A stretch of DNA of 52,358 nucleotides, filler included, from Catajapyx aquilonaris (lineage: Eukaryota): NCBI GenBank assembly GCA_000934665.2. It is 3 parts of 3 records of this genome, joined end to end, with 100 filler letters (N's around TTAATTAATTAA, not from the genome) between each part and the next. Parts side by side here need not be neighbours in the genome. Positions count along the whole stretch, not along the records: positions 34,801 to 52,358 come from JYFJ02006979.1; 2 more parts are not named here. One strand, written 5' to 3'. Positions 48,376 to 52,358 of this stretch are shown piece by piece. The translations under genes were made by a program, and so were the position numbers. Every line of letters begins with the position of its first letter. Position 1 is the first letter of the stretch. The notes beneath the pieces were generated by a model. It saw nothing but the letters and a program-made list of their open reading frames with translations. It was not told the origin of the DNA and searched no databases.

Positions 48376-51300
48376 ACAGCCCTCTTTCTCTCTCCCTTCC
48401 ACCCCACAAACCACACATTTGTTCAACCCATGTCCAGGAGGCTGCTGTTATTTCCCACAGGACGAGTGTTAAGAAAGGAAGCAGAAATAGAGCGCTCCTC
48501 ATATATCCGGGGAAGCCAATTGTCTGGAAGAGAGCTGCCAGGATTGAGAGAGTCTGTGACCACATCCACACCTCTGTGGTAGTTGGTGCTGTTGCTTAGA
48601 GCGAACACTGTGAGAAATCTCTGCCTCGTAAGTTAAGCTTTGAGGTGAATAATAATAATAATAATTCATATTGCATCTAGGAAGAAAAGCACAGAAGCAC
48701 TGCAGAGTTTTTTCTTGGTCAGTGCCGCTTGTGACCCAGTGTTTCCAACCTCGGCAGCTCACAACAGTGGATTGAGAACTGTTGTTTCCCAACCGAGTTT
48801 ATGCTAATCACCCACGTGTCAGCCAAAGGAAATTTGCACGGCCTATTCTGCGCAGTGTTCATAAGAGAAAATGTTTAAGCCATTTCTTGATTGTTATGCC
48901 TTTACTCACACAGAACGAAGCGGCAGCAGAAATGGTGTGACCCAAGCACTTGAATGCGTGATGGCACTGCAGATGACCCAAAGTGGACGTCACTGCCCAG
49001 ATGACCATGCCAATGTCCTGAAACTGGGCCCACTTCCCACCATGACAGGACGGGCAGGCTAATTTCTTGTATACCCATCTTCCAACTCAACTGACATTTT
49101 TATAGATGCCTCGTGTAGTTGTTTTTGTGTAATTTCTTAAATGATGTTATGCTTAAGCGCCTGCGTAAGTGATATACGCTTATTTAGAGTTTTGAACTCG
49201 ATGAAGATATGGCCAATTTAGGTTTCACTATAGTAGGAGTCACAATTGGTCAGTCGTAGCTATACATGATACCATCTGGAGGACTGAAAGGTCCATCAGT
49301 TTTTTACCAGTCAAAATTAAACGAAACACTTTGGCAAAGGAGGCTGTCATTATTTGTGGATTCCAAAGTGACTTGCCGACAGCTGCATTCTGAAAAGGAT
49401 TCCACTCTGTACAACGAAGTGTGCAGTTACAGTCTCCATTGTGTTGCATGCACTTGTGCGATGCAACCATATATTCAGGGAAGCACCTGTCATGTTATTT
49501 AAATTCACTTTGGATCGTAAAAAGAAATTGTGACATATTTTTAATACCGTAGCGGATTTTATATTTTGAAAATCCATTGATCCTGACAATACATATATAC
49601 TTGGAGGACTTTTCTGCACCCAGCTATTTATTAAATCATGGACTCAGTATGTGATACCGATGATTCGTAACGAGGTTCCACTGCAAAGTGGAACAGGCGC
49701 TTAGGTATGCCCTCATTTGTAAAGCTGTGTAACTTGCAAGAAGCCATGCCAACTCCTGTCCTGGTGGGAAGAAGCCCTAGTCTCGCTTTTGGGGTGTGCA
49801 GAATGATAGAAGCAGAAATAGGGCGTAACTGATGTACAGTGACCTTCGGGATTCTTTAAAAAATCCCACCTCAAGTATACGATTTCACCACTTGACCATC
49901 ACTCCACAGGTTCAGAGTAATTTTTCTCACCTTAGCATTGTTATTTTTCACAGTGTGGAATATTGTGAATATTAGACTGTTGAAAGGGAGCCCCAGGTTG
50001 AGTTGTGGCCGAGGGTTTTTTGTGGTACATTTTTTTATAGGTTTGGAGAGCGAGATTGATGCAGTGCAGCTTTAAGTCGTTTCAAGGAAAACTGCCCTGC
50101 ACATGATCTCTCTCTCCAAAACGCTCATACACACACCCATACACTATACACCTGACATACACACACAGACACTAATAATAATGTTTGGATAGAACGACCC
50201 ATTGGACAGGTGCATGTGCACAATCCGAGGGTGTGAACTTGCGATACGACAACTTGATTCTTTTCGTTTGTTATTTTCTTTCCCCCTTTTGTATGATTAT
50301 TATTGAACGGCGTTGTTTAACTAGGTTGCTAGGGATGTCCCCTAATGTAATAATTCCTTGTAGTGCTATAGGTAGGGGAGCGAGTGTAGACTTTTTCGAA
50401 GCTGTGTTGTTAGGATGTAAACCCTCTCTCTGACACATTTCAAAACCCAAATCCACCAAGTTTCCTCCCATCTTATTGGTTCTGCTCCATCCCAAACACC
50501 CAAACACACACTTCCACATGCATCGCTGTGCAACCATCACCTTATTCCATGGCTCGGATTCTGTTGACTCATTCATTTCAGGGTGCGAAGGGAGGTAACA
50601 GCGACCGGTTCAATCTTATTGTTTTACTGGAGGGAAATTGTGGTAACAATGGTAGTGAAGTAGAAATACTCCAGTTAATAGCCAGGAAAAAGTGCAATCC
50701 CCCTCAATGATTATTGGCTTGAAGCAACCAAAAAAAAAAAAAAGTGTAGGTGAACTTATTTTTCATCTCAGCCACTTGCTCTTAATAGCGCACTTATTTT
50801 TCATGTTTGGTACACACACGAGGACGTGGAAGTTTTAGTGCCGCTGGAGTATTTATACGCACGTCGTTATGATCCAGTCTGTAATTTGTTTGAAGCCAGA
50901 GTACAAATTACCCTACTTGAATAGTTCGGTTTGGATTTTTCGCGTGGTTTCAGGACGTGCGAAATCACCTCTGACTGTTTATGATTATCTGTTTTTTTGT
51001 AGAATGTTGACGGTATATGTAAAAAAAGATCCCCCGATTTTTTTTAAATATTACAACATCAGTGAAGCAATTATCTTCCCCTCCCCACCTCACTCCACAA
51101 AGAGAAAAAAAAAACGAACCAAAAAAATGTAAGTTAATCCAAACCATCTGTATGTAATGTAACATAATGATTATGATTATGCAGTTCCCAAGTGCTGTAT
51201 TACAATAGATGTGAATGGTGAAAAAAGAATGAAAAAAAAAAGCTGCGGTCTTTGGTGCGCATTATTTACCCCAAAAATTATGCTTTTATTGCAGATGTCG

Positions 51301-52059
51301 AATTGGGGGGTGGCTAATGAGGGGTGGGGGGTGGCCAACAATGGAGCCTTGCGTGTGTTGTGGGTGGGTGAGGAGGGTCCCATCTGGCAGGCTTGTTAGG
51401 CAGACCAGTTGCCAATCAAGCCCTCCAGTGATAATGGTCTGAAACCACGAAACGTCCATCAGGAGGACTCTTCCTCCTTTGCCTTTCCGTGGTCATTACG
51501 TAGCCTACCAATTGGACCTCAATTTGTCGTCGGCTGCACTCCGCCTTGCTATTTGCCGTTCGTGTCAGCTCGTATGCCGTTGCTGTTTCTATTCCACCCT
51601 CATCTGGACAATGGCTGCTGAACTGGGTGAGTCTGGACACTCGATGATAGTCCCAACCGGACTAATTTGACCCGTCCTAGTTTTTTTCGATGATGAGAAA
51701 AACTATAATAATTGCTTATTGGCAGATGAATGAAGGTTGATTGTGTTGTTGTTTCACATGCTTTTGGGTGCACACGAGTAACAGTTTGCAAACTGACTAA
51801 TTGCCTTCTAATTAGCGGTTGCAGGTTGCTGCTGGAGAGGACGTGGCGCTTGATCTCCTTTATTATTGCTGGAGAATTGAAGAGAATGCGAATGTGGTTT
51901 GCAGTTTGATCTAGTGTTGATTAATTTCAGGTGGATCATGGCCATATTGGATTGATTGGGAGGAAATAATTATCTTCCTGGTTTGATGCATCAATGCTGG
52001 ACATCTGAACCTGATTCCGAACAACTGCAGTATACAGGTCAGCATCATTTATTGAGTTA

Positions 52060-52358
52060 TTGCGGAATCTCTTCAAGTACATTAAGCTCAACAAAACTTC
52101 GGATGCAACCAACCGAATGCTGAACAAGGCTTTTGATGAGCAAGTTGTAAGACAAGCAATAACAATATAACATATGAGTGGGTTAACAGCTTCGAAGGTG
52201 GCGCGTCAAGTTTGCAGCAAAATCAACTCAATGCTGATCATTTTCTTTGACATTTTAGGAATGGTGCATATGGAGTTTCTCCCTCCTGGTAAAACTGTCA
52301 ACGGCAAGTATTAGGGCCTACTGGGATGGTTTGAGACGATTTAGGCTCAAATGGCCGG
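52060..52358 (+). mobile_element. Internally deleted mariner transposase remnant (runs off the window)
   Basis: KLNKTSDATNRMLNKAFDEQVVRQA..YEWVNSF (HTH) is joined to KVARQVCSKINSMLIIFFDILGMVHMEFLPPGKTVNGKY*, the mariner K.ML.VFFD..G.VH.EF.P.G.TVN..YY motif. Confidence 0.85.

Overview
Eukaryotic, arthropod-like genomic scaffold in three contigs joined by two 100-bp artificial gaps (44 N + TTAATTAATTAA + 44 N, at 17306-17405 and 34701-34800). Contig 1 (1-17305) holds two phase-compatible minus-strand exons of a C2H2 zinc-finger gene, one carrying a 24-bp coding minisatellite. These exons sit in a dense nest of transposon debris: fold-back DNA elements (piggyBac-, mariner-, Sola2-, Kolobok- and pogo-type termini), two tRNA-derived SINE families with interchangeable 3' tails, a solo LTR and Helitron-like fragments. 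Many of these have readable target-site duplications. Contig 2 (17406-34700) is almost TE-free non-coding DNA with a near-perfect 140-bp palindrome and a promoter-like motif cluster. Contig 3 (34801-52358) carries the 3' half of extradenticle (exd/Pbx, TALE homeodomain) as five in-frame plus-strand exons, candidate alternative terminal exons and a terminal mariner remnant. The PBC-domain exons of exd are not visible. No prokaryotic-type system, CRISPR array, intact transposase or true tRNA/rRNA gene was found. I cannot claim a new biological system. The best leads are the modular SINE tails, a mariner 5'-end fold-back element, a templated insertion at a palindrome centre, inverted SINE pairs bracketing each zinc-finger exon, and the exd C-terminal exon choices.
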